Below, in pieces: positions 45,580-57,974 of a stretch of DNA of 64,000 nt. Every line of letters begins with the position of its first letter. The stretch's first letter is position 1. A program made the position numbers and the translations under genes. This DNA is from Podarcis muralis. Its lineage: Eukaryota. Under the pieces are notes generated by a model. It searched no databases and was not told the origin of the DNA. It saw nothing but the letters and a program-made list of their open reading frames with translations. The DNA lies in contig NC_135668.1 in assembly GCF_964188315.1 (NCBI RefSeq), positions 30,070,001-30,134,000 of the forward strand. The letters are read 5' to 3'.

Positions 45580-47227
45580 GATATTTCCGTTCCACCTTAA
45601 GAGAGAGCAGGCTTGTGAGTCACAGAGTCTGCGTATTTCCTGTTACAGGATGTTTATGCTTGCTGTTTCCTTTCGATTTCAGTCGGTCGGAGACACTGAC
45701 ACAGAACGGTCATGTTTTCCTTTGTTCTGTTCAACGCTAAATAAAGTCTGTAAATTATGCTCTCTTCTACGGTGCAAGCTTTCTGGCTGTGGTTCTGCTG
45801 ATAAAGAACAGTGTGCACAAGCCTGGAATGTGGCAATCTATTTCTGAGGCTTCGTGTCGCTAACTGCTGGATCTGCCTGGCTACGGGAGATCGATGGAAG
45901 TCCGGCAGCCGGCTTGGGGCCATGATGGACTATATCTCCCTGGCAGTTTCCCAACATGCATCATGTGATCGATTGTGTGGGACGGGGCTTATCTGGTGCG
46001 CCCAATATTTTATTCAAGTTGGCACCCCTGCTCTGAGGAATCAACTGGAGGAATCCCCCTTGCTTCCCACCCCCGAAAACAATAGAGTGCTGACGGAAGT
46101 TCCTCATTTGCAGCATTTGATGTAGGCTGAGGCCTCAGAAATAGGCAGGCAAGCATAGGTTTTAACACCATCCTGCAAACTATAGTTGTTTCTCCTCCAA
46201 TATTCAGAATGCAGGACAAATCAGAAAATGAGCTTTTGGGATTTGTCTTCCAGCTAACTTGTGAAACGCCCTGGGCATAAGATACCATGATGACAACTTT
46301 TAATAGAATTAAACTGAAGGAACCTTACTTCTGCCAGATTCACAAAATCTGACCTGGAACAAGGAACAGCTTAGGTGCCTGGGGCAGTGAACTGGGGCAG
46401 TACTGGACTTATAGTGCTTCTTAGAAGGTAATGGTTGTTCCTTCACATCTGTCACAAGCTACAAGCAACCCAGGTTGCCCCAAGCGCAGGCAGACAGGAG
46501 CACAGTAACTGCCTCCCCTCCCCCACCCCAGTACAATGAAGCTGAGAGAGACAGTGGTAGAAGGAACTCCTCAACATAAGGCTACAGTCCTTGCGATAAT
46601 TACCTGGGTTATGTCCCCTTGGGCTTCCTGCTCAGTAGGCAAGCCTAAGAGTGCACATTAACTCTGCTTTTAAAATCACTCAAGGCTTTTCTTCCCTGCC
46701 CCTTGCCAGAGAAACAGCTTGATGCTTGTGTTACATGTGTTACCTTGAATGAAGCTGTGGAGAGAATACCCTAAATAATTCAAACCAGGAGCAGAGAGGA
46801 ACTATTATGATGCCCCTACTACTGCCAAGCAGCTGGCGAAGCTGGACCACAGAAAACCAGGGCAAGCCTGAAACCAGGTCCCCTTTCCCTGTTTGGCAAA
46901 AGGCGCTGCTTTGGCAGGAGAGGGGGCGGGGGCTGAAGAACCGGTACCTCTGCCCAGCTACTGCTGATGGTATTGCTAGTGAAGAAAACAGACAGTGGAG
47001 AGAACCAGGAGCACTTCTGTGGCTTTCTTCGCAAAGGAGTTTGAAGGATTCCTCATTCTTTGCAGTTTCAAAAACCTCTGTGGGATGGCAGACCCTCCAG
47101 ATCACCTGAGAAACTTAACCTGACAGCAACCCCTGTTGCACCCACATCAGATCGGTCCATGGCTCTCTCAAGGGTTGAAAACTAAAATCTTTCTTTCCCC
47201 AACGCATGAGGTGATATGAGGCCTTTA

Positions 47228-47473
47228 CAGTCATACCTCATGTTACGGACGCTTCAGGTTACATGTTTTTGGGTTGCAGACCGCAGGAAACCTGGAAGTA
47301 CCGGAACGGGTTACGCCATTTGTGCATGCAAAGCGCTAAATCACGCTTTGCGCATACGCAGAAGTGCCAAATCGCGCCAGCGCCTGTGCAGACGCGGCGC
47401 TTCAGGATGCAAACGCTGCAGGGTGCGGACGTGCCTCCGTCACGGATTATGACTGCAACCTGAGGTTCCACTG
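47228..47473. mobile_element. Tc1/mariner (Tigger/pogo-like) MITE
   Basis: TA on both sides, imperfect TIRs cagtcatacctcatgtta / gcaacctgaggttccactg; CpG-rich body. Confidence 0.6.
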
Positions 47474-48585
47474 TATCTTACTCTTTCCTGCAAATGACAG
47501 TTCATGCCATGACACCTAGAACCAGCTCCAGGCCCAGTTTTAAAGTGCAAAGGCAGCTGGCCTGAATTATGAATGTGCTGCAAAGCCCCCATCCCACCCC
47601 CGCTTGGTTTTTAAAAGTAAAATGGGGGGGGGGGAGAGTTTAAAACCCTCAAAAGTATGCCATCTATTAGTACATGGCAAGTGAGTGGTTGCTTTCAAGA
47701 GTTTAATGTAAAGCAGGAGGGGGGGGGCTTCAGCCTTCGCTCCTGGGCCTAGCAACACCATAGGACACGGGCTTGGTTGTTCTTCCTTGTGGGAGGGAGG
47801 TTGGTCCAAGTGGGAAGGGGTCTGATCATCTTCTCCCTCTGCCTGAGTCAGTCTGGAGGTCAGACATATCCCTAAATGGTGATGGGTCCCATCCCCTCAA
47901 TTTACATACAGCCTAGTTCAGTTCCCTCCCCATTCAATCAATGCAATATTGAGAAACACACGAAATCAGATTTACCGAAAAAGTCATCTGTATACTGTAG
48001 TTTCCCATAATCTTTTCATACAGTTTACATTCTTTCCCACATCATATTTGCTTACAATAAACGGTGGTCCTGTTTGCCACGGAGGGCAAGAGGAATGGAT
48101 TGTCAGTAAGGCAGTTTCTTCCTACCCCAAGGGAGGGGAGGAGGCCTCAGGAGCTGCAGCCTCAGACCATGAAGGAGCAGCTCCAGAGGGACAGGAAGGC
48201 TGTGATTTCCAGCAGCAGGAAATTAAAAAAAGGCAGCCATGCAGCACAAGCAGCTCCGTGACCCCAAGCCTAGGGGTAGTTGGGGAGCCCACCACCCGTC
48301 ACCACCAGCGCTGCCAAGGTGTGTAGCAGCAGCCCAGCGATACCCTCCTCTAGGTGAGAGACAGCTAAGAGCACCAAGAGGCTGCAAAACAGCCCCTGGA
48401 GCTGCCTTCTGTGTCACAAAATGGTGGCACCAGCCCCTGTGGCTCTGAAGGGTGCCAGCGGCAATCGCTGTGGCTCACTCCCCTGGTCCCAGCAGCCCCA
48501 AGCCCCCTCCCTCCTGTGCCCTGGTGTTTGTGCCCAGCAGCAGCGACAGCGCAGTGTGCCCAAGCAGGTTGGGAGGGGGCAGCTC

Positions 48586-51500
48586 TCAGTCCCCCTCCTT
48601 CTGGGCAACTGCAGGAGGGTTGGGCTTGATCAAGCCATAAGCCACAGCCTGCGCCAGGCACTCCTGGGCCACTTGGGCAATCTGGGGCTTGTCCTTGGCC
48701 TTGGCCATAACAGAAAGGATCTCCATCGTCTCGCTCTCCATCAGCTTCTCGGCCACCTCCTTGTCAGCAGCCACCATGTTCCTCACTACCACCACCCCGC
48801 GGTGCTGGAGCTCGGTGCCAGGGCTGAGGAGCAGGGCCTGCAGGATCTCCAGCCAGTGAGTCGTCTGGGGAAAGAGAGTGAGAGGTCAGTTAGCAAGCAG
48901 GAAGGAAACCCGGCATCCACCCAGTTCCTGGAGACCCTCCAAAGGTCTGCCATGCCCAGTGGGCAGCTGCTGGGCTCAGCCCACCCTCCAGGCGGTACTC
49001 ACCACTTGAGGGATGCGGGAGCAGATCTGGGGCAGCAACGAGGTCAGGACGGCCAGTGTCCCTGAAGCTGCCCGCTGGAGCCTCTCGTCGTCCTCCCCAC
49101 TGTACAGGACCAGCAGCTTGAGCCGGTCACTGCCCTCCACCAGGAACAGCTCCCCGACCTGCCCAAAAGAGAGATGTGAGTGGAGATAAACCTCCCGGGG
49201 CCCCAGCACAGCCAGGTGGCCCAGTACCCCTGCTCACCTCTGGGCTCAGCGCCATGTTGCACATGCACTCAGTGGCTGCCAAGCGGATCATTTCGTGCTC
49301 CTCAAACATGTAGCCCTCGATCATGGGCACGGCCTTCTCCTTCACAATCTTCTGCCTGCAGGAGGAGGAGCCAGCAGGAGAAGGTAATGGCCCCTGCCTC
49401 CAAGGAACGTAACCCTCCCAGAGGACAGGGAGATGGCCAGCCTGCCTGCCTGCCTCGCCAGCCTTACCGGAGCCGCTCACTGGTCCCCGCCAGGTTGGTG
49501 AGAGCCATCAGCCCTTCGAAATTCTGCAGGGCACTGCGGTTCAAGTGCAGGAGGCCCACCAGGGGCCGGACCACCTCGTAGATCTGCAGGAGGAGAGACA
49601 AAAGGCTCAGGGTGGTGGGGAGAGGAAAGGGGAACCTTGCTGTGATGCTGCCCTCACTCCACACTGACCCGTTCGCCCGGAAAAGCCATTTCGGGGGCGG
49701 TGGTGATGGTGATCTTAGCCAGGGCCTGCGCAGCCTTCGTCTGCCCTATTTCAGTGCCTTCCAGGGCCAGAGGGATGAGTGCCTAGTGGTGGAATAAAAT
49801 CCATATTCTGCTTGACTGTGAAAAGCCTTGATGCCCCAGTACTGCTGCAGGGCAAAGCCCAACAGGAGAGGGTGTGTATGCATGTGTGAGGCTCACCTTC
49901 CCGCCTCCAGCAGCCACCACAGCCCCTCGGTCCTCAGGGTCTTCCACGACAGCCAGGAACACCCTGAAGCACACAATAGCAGGCACTGAATGTGGGACCC
50001 AGAACACTCTCTCCACACACACACACACACACACACAACACACAGCAATTTGAGATTACAGGAAGGCGTCATCTTGGCTCAACTGAATTTTCTGAGCTCT
50101 TTGGCTAAGCAGAAACCCACAGGTAAGAAGGCCAGCATGTCTCCTCTGTGTAGCAGGTCTGGAGGACTTGCCTGTGAACAGCAATACCCACATTGCATGG
50201 GGTTGGGCATGATGACCCTTTGGGTCCCCTCCCTTCTATGAAAGCTCTGCAGGGGTCAAGGCCTGTGGCCGCTGGCCTCACCTGGAGATCAGCTCCCGGC
50301 AGGCGGGGCTCAAGGAGGGGCTTTCGCTCTTCACCATGCAGGTGAGTGCTGACACCACACCGGCGGCCAGCAGCTTTCTCACACGTTGGCGCACGAACTC
50401 TGGCTTGTCCTGGGCAGGAAGAGATGGAGAGAGAGGATGAGAATAGGCCGTGGGATGCCTATTATCCACCTCCTACTCCTCCTCTCACCCTCCTTGCTCC
50501 ACCCACCAGCATCTCACACAATTGTGCTAGAAGGCTTCCACTGGCCCCCTCAGGGCACTCCTCTCCCCACTCTCACCTTTGGGTGCTTCTCAGGGATGTG
50601 TTGCTTGGCATACTTCGCCAGCTCCACCATCTGGGGGTCAGGCTCCTCTTGGTCGTAGCTGCTGGTGCAATTCACCAGCGTGGAGGCCACTGCAAAGAGG
50701 ACGCTTCGGTTCTCTGACTGAGGGGAGCAGATCGGCGGCAGGAACAAAGACAAAGAAGCAGAAGAAGGTGGTCAGTCGGGATCTTCATGATTCTTTGGGA
50801 CCAAGGGCCACCACTTGTGCATTCGTTACTTCAAGACTAGGCTACTGCCAGGCAAAGTAAAGTGTGCGCGCCCTTGAGTACTATTCAGAAGCGTCAGCTA
50901 ATGCAGAACAAGACAGCCCAGCCATAGAACACCAGAAGCTGATCAGAAGTGATCTCTTAACATCTCTGCACCCCTGATGGACTGAGTTGGGCAGGTAGGT
51001 GGGGCCACCCACCTGTCAATCACCAGATGTAATGGTGATGCTGCACTTTAAAGCCTCAGTTTCCCGACTGCAAAGCACAGCATGGTGCTGTGTGAAAGGC
51101 TTTTTGGGAGCTGCCCTGCCCTGCTCTTGAAACCTCTGGAAACTGGAGACTGAAAGAGCAGTGCTAGGAGGAGCAGTTTTTCCTGAATGGAATCCACTTT
51201 CCCGCCAACTTGAGCAAGGCTGATCAGCTGATGAGAAGCTGGGAACAAGCCTTGCCTCAGCAAAGGAGCAATCCCCTTTAAGCTCTCAAGTCTTCCTTTG
51301 AAGCCCCCCCCTTACCCCCCCACCTAACATCAGGTGGCCATGCATGGCTTACCCAAAATGGTGGACCAAGTTTGGCTCACAGGCCAGAAGTTGCCAACCC
51401 CTGCTCCAGAGCCTGGTCTGGATTTGAAAGCCCTAAAGGGGCTGGGTGGGCCAACTCTACCCCCCTGGGCTGGTCCTCCTGGAGGCAACCAGCATGTCTC

Positions 51501-54500
51501 TGGGCTGTACAGAGCCCACTGCGGGGAGATATAATCAAAATGCTTCCGCACAAACAAGATATTCACACACAGAGAAGAGGTGTGTTGTGGCAAAGGGTTC
51601 TCCGAAACACTCATTTCCTATGTGGAGGAATCCTTTTCTTCTTGGGTGCTGTTGAAGTGGGGGAAGAATTTCATCATGTGAAGCTCCAGTTATGGATCTG
51701 AAGTGGTACAGTAGAGACACTTCACTGAGACTCGGGAAATTTTGCTACAGAACAGCATTTTACATCTTAAAGATTCAAACATATGAAGGGCTATCACATA
51801 GAAGACAGAGCAAGGTGGGTTTCTGCTTCTCCAGTGGCAGGAACCCAAACCAATGGATTCAAATGACAAGAAAGAAGATTCCCACTAAACATTAGGAAGA
51901 ACCTTCTGACGATAAGAGTTGTTTGACAATGGAGCAGACTCTCTCGGAAGGTGGTGGACTCCCGCTTCACTGAAAGTTTTTTTAGCAGAGGCTGCATGGT
52001 CATCTGTCAGGGATTTTTAGCTGTAATTGCTGGATTGCAGGGGTTGGACTAGATGACCCTTGGGACCTCTTCCAACTCTACAATTCTAAAAATTACTGGG
52101 TACCATATACTACAGCTGGGTTGCTATTCCTAAGCAAGGGAAATTCAACATAAACAAGGCAGAGGCAAAAAGAGCCTCTGGACATGCCCAGCTGCCCATT
52201 CCTCCCACAGGTACCCCACCCACCCACTTTGCCCTCCCTCTCTTGGAAGAGGACCTCACCCTGGCCAACCAGAAGAGAGCCTGCAGGGCAGCCTTGTCTT
52301 CCAGGAGCTCCTCCTTAACGTCCGCATCCAAGGAGAGGAAGGCAAGTCCCTCAGCTGCCCAGTAGCGGGTGCCGGCATCAATGGCCTCGTTGCACAGCCA
52401 CCTGGAAGCAGGAGAAGGAGAATCAGGATCCCTCCCTAGTGCCTCTACCAGCTGAGACCCTAGTGGGCAAGGAGCATAGGAAGCCCCACCACCCCAGGCT
52501 TCAGTGGGACATGGTCTGTTGCACAGCTGCCAGAAGGACTTGTTTTTGTCATCTGTCAGCTCCCACCAGCCCCCAAGATTTTGAGAAAGGGACAGGCAGC
52601 CTGACCTCCTTCTAAAGGGGAAGGCAGTCACGTGGCACAGAAGAGGCTAAAGCGCCTGGGACATGGGGGAAGAAAGCAGCGCTCACTCACTTCCGGCACT
52701 GCTTGGCCAACTTCAGGGTAGAGCCTTCCGCAAACTGCTTCATGCTGAAATCTGTGCCCCCTGCCGAGCCCAATTTGCAGAGACCCTGGAAAGAGAAACC
52801 GTGATGTGCTGCAGTTGCCACCTGACCCCAGAACTTCCTTCTATCGGGGAAGATGGAAGAGGAACAGTGTTGGGTCCCACTGCAGCCAGAAAATGGCTCC
52901 CTCCTTCTCCAAGATCTGCTGCCCCTCTTGCTCACCACCAGGGCCCGGATGCGAATGCTGTCACGCTCGCTGTGCTTGTAGATCTCCTTCAGTAGTGTCA
53001 CCCCATTGGCAGTGATGAAGGTGGCCCGCTTGGCCTTGTCGGCAGCATGGATCAGGGCCTCCACGGCCACAAGCTGGTCGGTCTCCCGTGACGAGGCGCA
53101 CAAGGCCAGAATGCTCTCCATGATGCCACTCAGCTCCAGCACCCTGTTCCCAGCCTCGGAGGGGCCTTGCAGGAGACAGGAGGCCGTCTGGATGGCCCGC
53201 AATTTCCCAGGGACGCCATGGTCCTGGAACCAGCCCCTGGGAGGTGAAGGAAAGGCGGCTCATCAGGAGAAGCCAGGAAGCTGCCACAGGCATTCCAAAG
53301 CTGAAACCCCAAACTCTGCACCAGAAAGAAGGCTGGAGTCTCAAATCCGAGATCAACCAACGGCATCTCCTGGCAGCAAAAGTCCTCCCCCCCACCCCCT
53401 ATTATGTATTTTTTTCATAACATCTATATATCACGTGACTGTAGAAAACCTCAAAGTGGTTTATAAAAAGAATAAAACAGTAAGATTTTTAGAACAAACA
53501 ACACATTCTAAAAATTAAAACCAGCAATAAACTAAAAGTACACCAGCATTTTAAATATATGGGTAGGCTTGCCTACACAAAAGTGTTTTCAGTAGACGCC
53601 AAAAAGAGTAGAATGAAGGCGCCTGCCTGATATCACCACACTAGAAGATCCATTTCTTATAAATGCAGAACGGGTATTATATGGCACTTGGAACAGTGCC
53701 AATTCTGCAGATGGAAGTGGTCGAGTGAGCATATCTGGTTTAAGGCAATCTCACAGGTAAATTATTAAGGGCTTTGCATACTAATAGTAACCTTTTGATC
53801 CTGTCTCGGTAGCAAATCGGCAACCAGTACAGATCTCTGAGCACGGGTGCTATATGCTGACAAGTTTTTGCTCCTTTCAGCAATCAAGCTGCAGCATTCT
53901 GCGCTAGCTTCAGCTTCCAGATCAGGTGCAAGGGAAGCCCCATATAGACTGCAGTAATCCAGTCTTGAAGCAAGCAGTACATGAACTACAGTAACTGGGT
54001 GTCTCTGGCCAAGCTGATGGGCTGTTGTGACGCTTTCAATGTCTGTCAGCAACTAAGTGCTGAGCCTCACGCCCCACCACTTCATTGCCCCCCCATGCCT
54101 TCCCAGCAGCCCCTACCAGAAGCAGCAGGGGGCAGCCCCCAAGTCAGTCACAGGCCTACCTGACATAGTCCTCGCAGAGCCGGTGGAAATTCTCCCGCTC
54201 CCCATCGCACTTCAGGTCCCCATAGAGCTTGCTGAGGAGGACGGCTGCGCTCATGAGGGTGTTCTCTGTCACCCGCAGGCCCCCAGGACTGTGGCTCACT
54301 GTGCCCCCCACCTCCAGGATCTGCTTGAGACCTAGTGAGGACAGACATGCTCACTGGCGCTGGCGAGGGACCCAGGCCAGGAAGAGGAGGGGCTCGGGAA
54401 TGGGCTAGACATACCCTGGTCAATGACCCAGAGGGTCAGGCAGTTGTTGGGGTCCTTCAGCGACTTCCTGGGCACCACACTGATCAGCAGGTTGAGGATG

Positions 54501-57500
54501 CTGTCCCGGCCATAGGAGGAAATGCTCTCCCGTGTCAGGGCTTCCAGCAGCTGCTTGAGGAGCAATTTCAGCTCTTTGGATGTATCTACAGGAGAGGAAT
54601 CAGAGTTGAGGAGGTCTGAGCCTCCTCTGCTCCAGGCCAGCATGCGCAGCCCAGCCCCACCCAAGGCATCAGCACAGAGATGAGCTTGGCACGACACAAA
54701 GTGGATGCTGAGCCCAGCAGGGAGGCACCCAAGAGACTTACCCAAGACCACAGCTTCGTCCTTGCCACGCACATCCCTCTGCAGCCCCTCCTTCAGGGCA
54801 TCAAACATAACCTGCAGCAGGCTGTAGGTTGCCAGCGAGACTTGCTCGTCCTCCATCTCTAGGATAGCAAACAGGCGCTGCGGCCCCAGCTCAGAAAGGA
54901 TCACTGCAGTCTGAAAGAAGGGCAGCATCCACTGAGACTTGGGGAGGGATCCAGGCCTGTCTCTCAAGAACCAGTTACCTCCCCCACAATGCTCAGAGCA
55001 GAGCTGGATACCTGCCTAGTAGGCAACTCTACAAGTGCAACTGTGGTTTGTCAGCAGGAACTCTGAGGACCCATAAACTTACCCAAGGAGACAGAGTTCA
55101 GGGGTTTTTTTTATACTAGAGGAATATCTAGGTTATCTTGAAGCATGTATTACTTGAGGATTCAACAGTCTTGCTAGCCCTCTGTCCCCCACGGTAAGTG
55201 ATCATAGAATTGTAGGGTTGGAAGGGACCCAATGGGTCTTTCGGTTCAACCCCCTGAAATGCAGGAATCACAGCTAAAGTATCCCTGACAGGTGGCCATC
55301 CAAACTCTGCTTTAAAACCTCCAGTGAAGGAGAGTCCATCCCCTGGAGGGCGTCCATTTCAAGAGGTTGAACAACACCAGGCCCAGGACAGAACCCTGCA
55401 GTACCCCACTTGTCACTGGACAAGGAACTGTTGGGGAGCACTCTTTCTGAATCACTGGTGGTTAGCCAGACTCCAGCAAATAGGAAGCCCTAGGTTTCCT
55501 CTCAACACTGGAGCAGCAGAGAGGGAGGGGTGATTCCATCCCCTTCCCCAGCCTGAAACATGGGCGAAAACTCAACTCTGTGCTTGCCAGGAGGATGCAT
55601 AACCTGTCAGTAAACGGACCTAACATGTTACCCCCTCCCCCCAAAAAAAGAGTGAAGAAGCTTTCATCTTAAAAAGTGGACATACCCGAGAACGATGCCC
55701 ACTGCAAAGGCCAGTGAGGGTTCGCACAGCTGCAAGCACCGTGTCCGCCCGACCTGTATCCAGCAGCTGTAGCAGGAGGCGCACCCCGTCGTTCTGGAAA
55801 ATCTTCTCAGCACCAGGCTCCTCACGAGCCAAAACAATCAAATTCTGGGCTGCCTGGACAGGAGAACAGCCAGTTAGCTGGACAAAGGGGCTCGCTTTAA
55901 CCGCTCCCCATCAGGCCACACAGCTGATGGATGGGCACAGCCAGAATTTAGAGCTGGAGAGGTTTGGGGATTCTGGCCCATAATAACTCCATTGTCCTTG
56001 CTTCTCTAAGAGCCATGGGGGTGGGGATCTCCTCCTTGGGCAGAGCTGGGAAGCCTGCAGAGTCCCTCCAGGTGCTGCTGCACTGTAACTCCCATCAACA
56101 TTAGCATGACTTTATGTTATACAAATCCCATGAGACAGAATGAATCACTCTAGACTGAGACTAATCGTACTAAAATAAGCACCACCCTAATATATTCTGG
56201 TTTTGTCAGTCACGGAAAAGGAAGTTACGGTACAATGACTCAAAGTCCTCCTCCCTTCCTCCCTCAGGTATCCTGATCCAGGCATCAGAAACCCTTCCTC
56301 TGGCTTTTGCCTACAGGCAATTTTGGAAATGCAAAACTTGCATTTTGAAATAGAAAACAGAATTGGAGACTGCCTAATTCTACAACTGCATCCCATATAT
56401 GTACAGCTGCAGCACACCCAAAATTGCTCTTCATCAGGGCACATCACACCTCCTACCTGCTTGCTGATTAGAGGGGTACCTTTTGTTTCTTGTCCAGATC
56501 TTTTTCTTCAGGGTCCAGCAGCAACTTAAACATCTGCTCCACTTTGGAGTCTGTGCGGGACATAGCTGTCATCTGAAGCAAACAGGCAGTTGGTGAGAAA
56601 CCCCACAGTCGTACTTCAGAAGCCCAGTACACACCTGAAGCCCAGAATCCTTCCTGGGTGGAGAGCTAGGCTACCCCACAAGGGAGGCGCCTACCCTGGC
56701 AATGCCCACACTCCCCCAATGCTTCTCCTACCTTCTCATGCATGCTGCTGCCAAGGTTGCGCAGAGCCTCCTGGAAGGCCTTGTTCTTGGGCTCCAGGCT
56801 CACACATCTCTGCAGGTCCAGGAGGGCCTGGTCGAAGCGGCCCAGTTTCTGCCGGGCTTGGCTGCGCCGGAAGAGGCTCTTCACGTCATGCCCATCAGCT
56901 TCTATAGCTGTGAACAGGCAAGAAAGTATTAAGAGGCAGCAAAGAGGCTTCTGCAGAGAAAGAGACTTTTGGAAGGAGAGTAATCCCCCACCCCACCCCT
57001 TGCAGCTCACCTTTAGAAGCGTCCAGTTCTGCCTGGACATAGTCCTCCTGCAAAAGAAGCAGAATGCCAGAGAGGCATTGGTGAAAGGAGATGTAAGCGG
57101 GGGAGCGGGGCGGGGGAGTGAGGGGAGAAGAAAATACTCAAGAGGAGCTCAGGCTGAAAATGACAGCCCTGACCACCTTTCTGGGGGGCATCTGTCAAAT
57201 CCTAAATTCTCTGCAGGTTACAGGAGGAGGAGGAGGAGGCAAGGCATCAGGCTGGCCTCTCACTATATGACCACTGTCTTCTCAGTCCGTCATAGCCAGA
57301 CAGCCAGGCCCGAGGGCTCCCCTTGACTGTGCATAAAGGCGCCTCAGCTTCTAAGGAGCAGCAGGGTGAAAAGAAGTCCACCTAAAGGGGCTCAGCACAG
57401 TTAAAATGAGAGATGCACAGAAACGTTGACCCTGGGGGCACAGGGAAGCTCTGTGGCCATTTAGGGGAAAACACACACACAATGCCTGCTACCTTCTGAT

Positions 57501-57974
57501 GCGTACTACGTCACTTGAGAATTTTGAGAAGAAAAGACACGAGAAGAAAAGAATTTTGAGAAGAAAAGACAATAATCCCTTAGAATTTCCCCAGGAGTGT
57601 CCAACTTTTCTCCTTCTGCAGAAGTGAGCGGCAGGTAGGCAGGCTGGCACTGCCCCTTGGGGGGCTACCATAACTCAGGCAACCCTCCCGCTTTCCCCAC
57701 TTCCCCACTCACCAGCTTGAGGTGGCAGGCGGCGCGGTTGCGGTGGAGGACAGCGCGGTGCGGGCCGGGCTCCTCGCCATCCCCAGGGCAGAGGCTGAGG
57801 GCCCGGGTGTAGGCGGCCAGCGCCTCCTCATAGCGGCCTGTCTGGAAGAGCTCGTTGCCCTCCCGGCGGAGCTCCGGGACCTGCGGAGATAAGAGGGGCG
57901 GGGTGGATGAGCGACTCGGTTTGGGGGTCAGCTGGGCTCCCACCGCCCACCCCACTCACCGCCGTCTCCTCCAT
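48586..57974 (-). CDS. UNC45A: Unc-45 myosin chaperone A (TPR + UCS), 941 aa
   Basis: Minus exons 57974-57960, 57880-57713, 57047-57011, 56907-56732, 56572-56480, 55853-55686, 54910-54742, 54585-54415, 54331-54160, 53236-52936, 52785-52691, 52401-52260, 50717-50577, 50409-50282, 49963-49897, 49782-49669, 49583-49468, 49355-49238, 49158-49003, 48864-48586 (2826 nt). [63 protein letters not shown]; next to RCCD1 as in mammals. Confidence 0.96.
51740..52088 (+). mobile_element. CR1 LINE 3' fragment in UNC45A intron 12
   Basis: aagaaagaagattcccactaaacattaggaagaaccttctgac ... gggttggactagatgacccttgg...ttccaactctacaattcta; a reverse-oriented CR1 tail lies at 55200-55345. Confidence 0.75.
53400..54050 (-). 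mobile_element. L2-clade LINE 3' fragment in UNC45A intron 9
   Basis: Minus ORF fragment [15 protein letters not shown] resembles the L2 ORF2 motif ..HALVTSRLDYCN..; AT-rich tail toward 53400. Confidence 0.6.

Larger units (their letters stand above)
40878..45956 (+). mobile_element. Full-length Ty1/copia LTR retrotransposon (5079 bp)
   Basis: LTRs 40878-41260 and 45574-45956 (383 bp, TGTT...AACA, no difference found by eye); PBS-like ggtttcgggcccag 41265-41278; PPT ggaaagggggagga 45560-45573; one ORF in Gag-PR-IN-RT-RH (copia) order. Confidence 0.97.
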
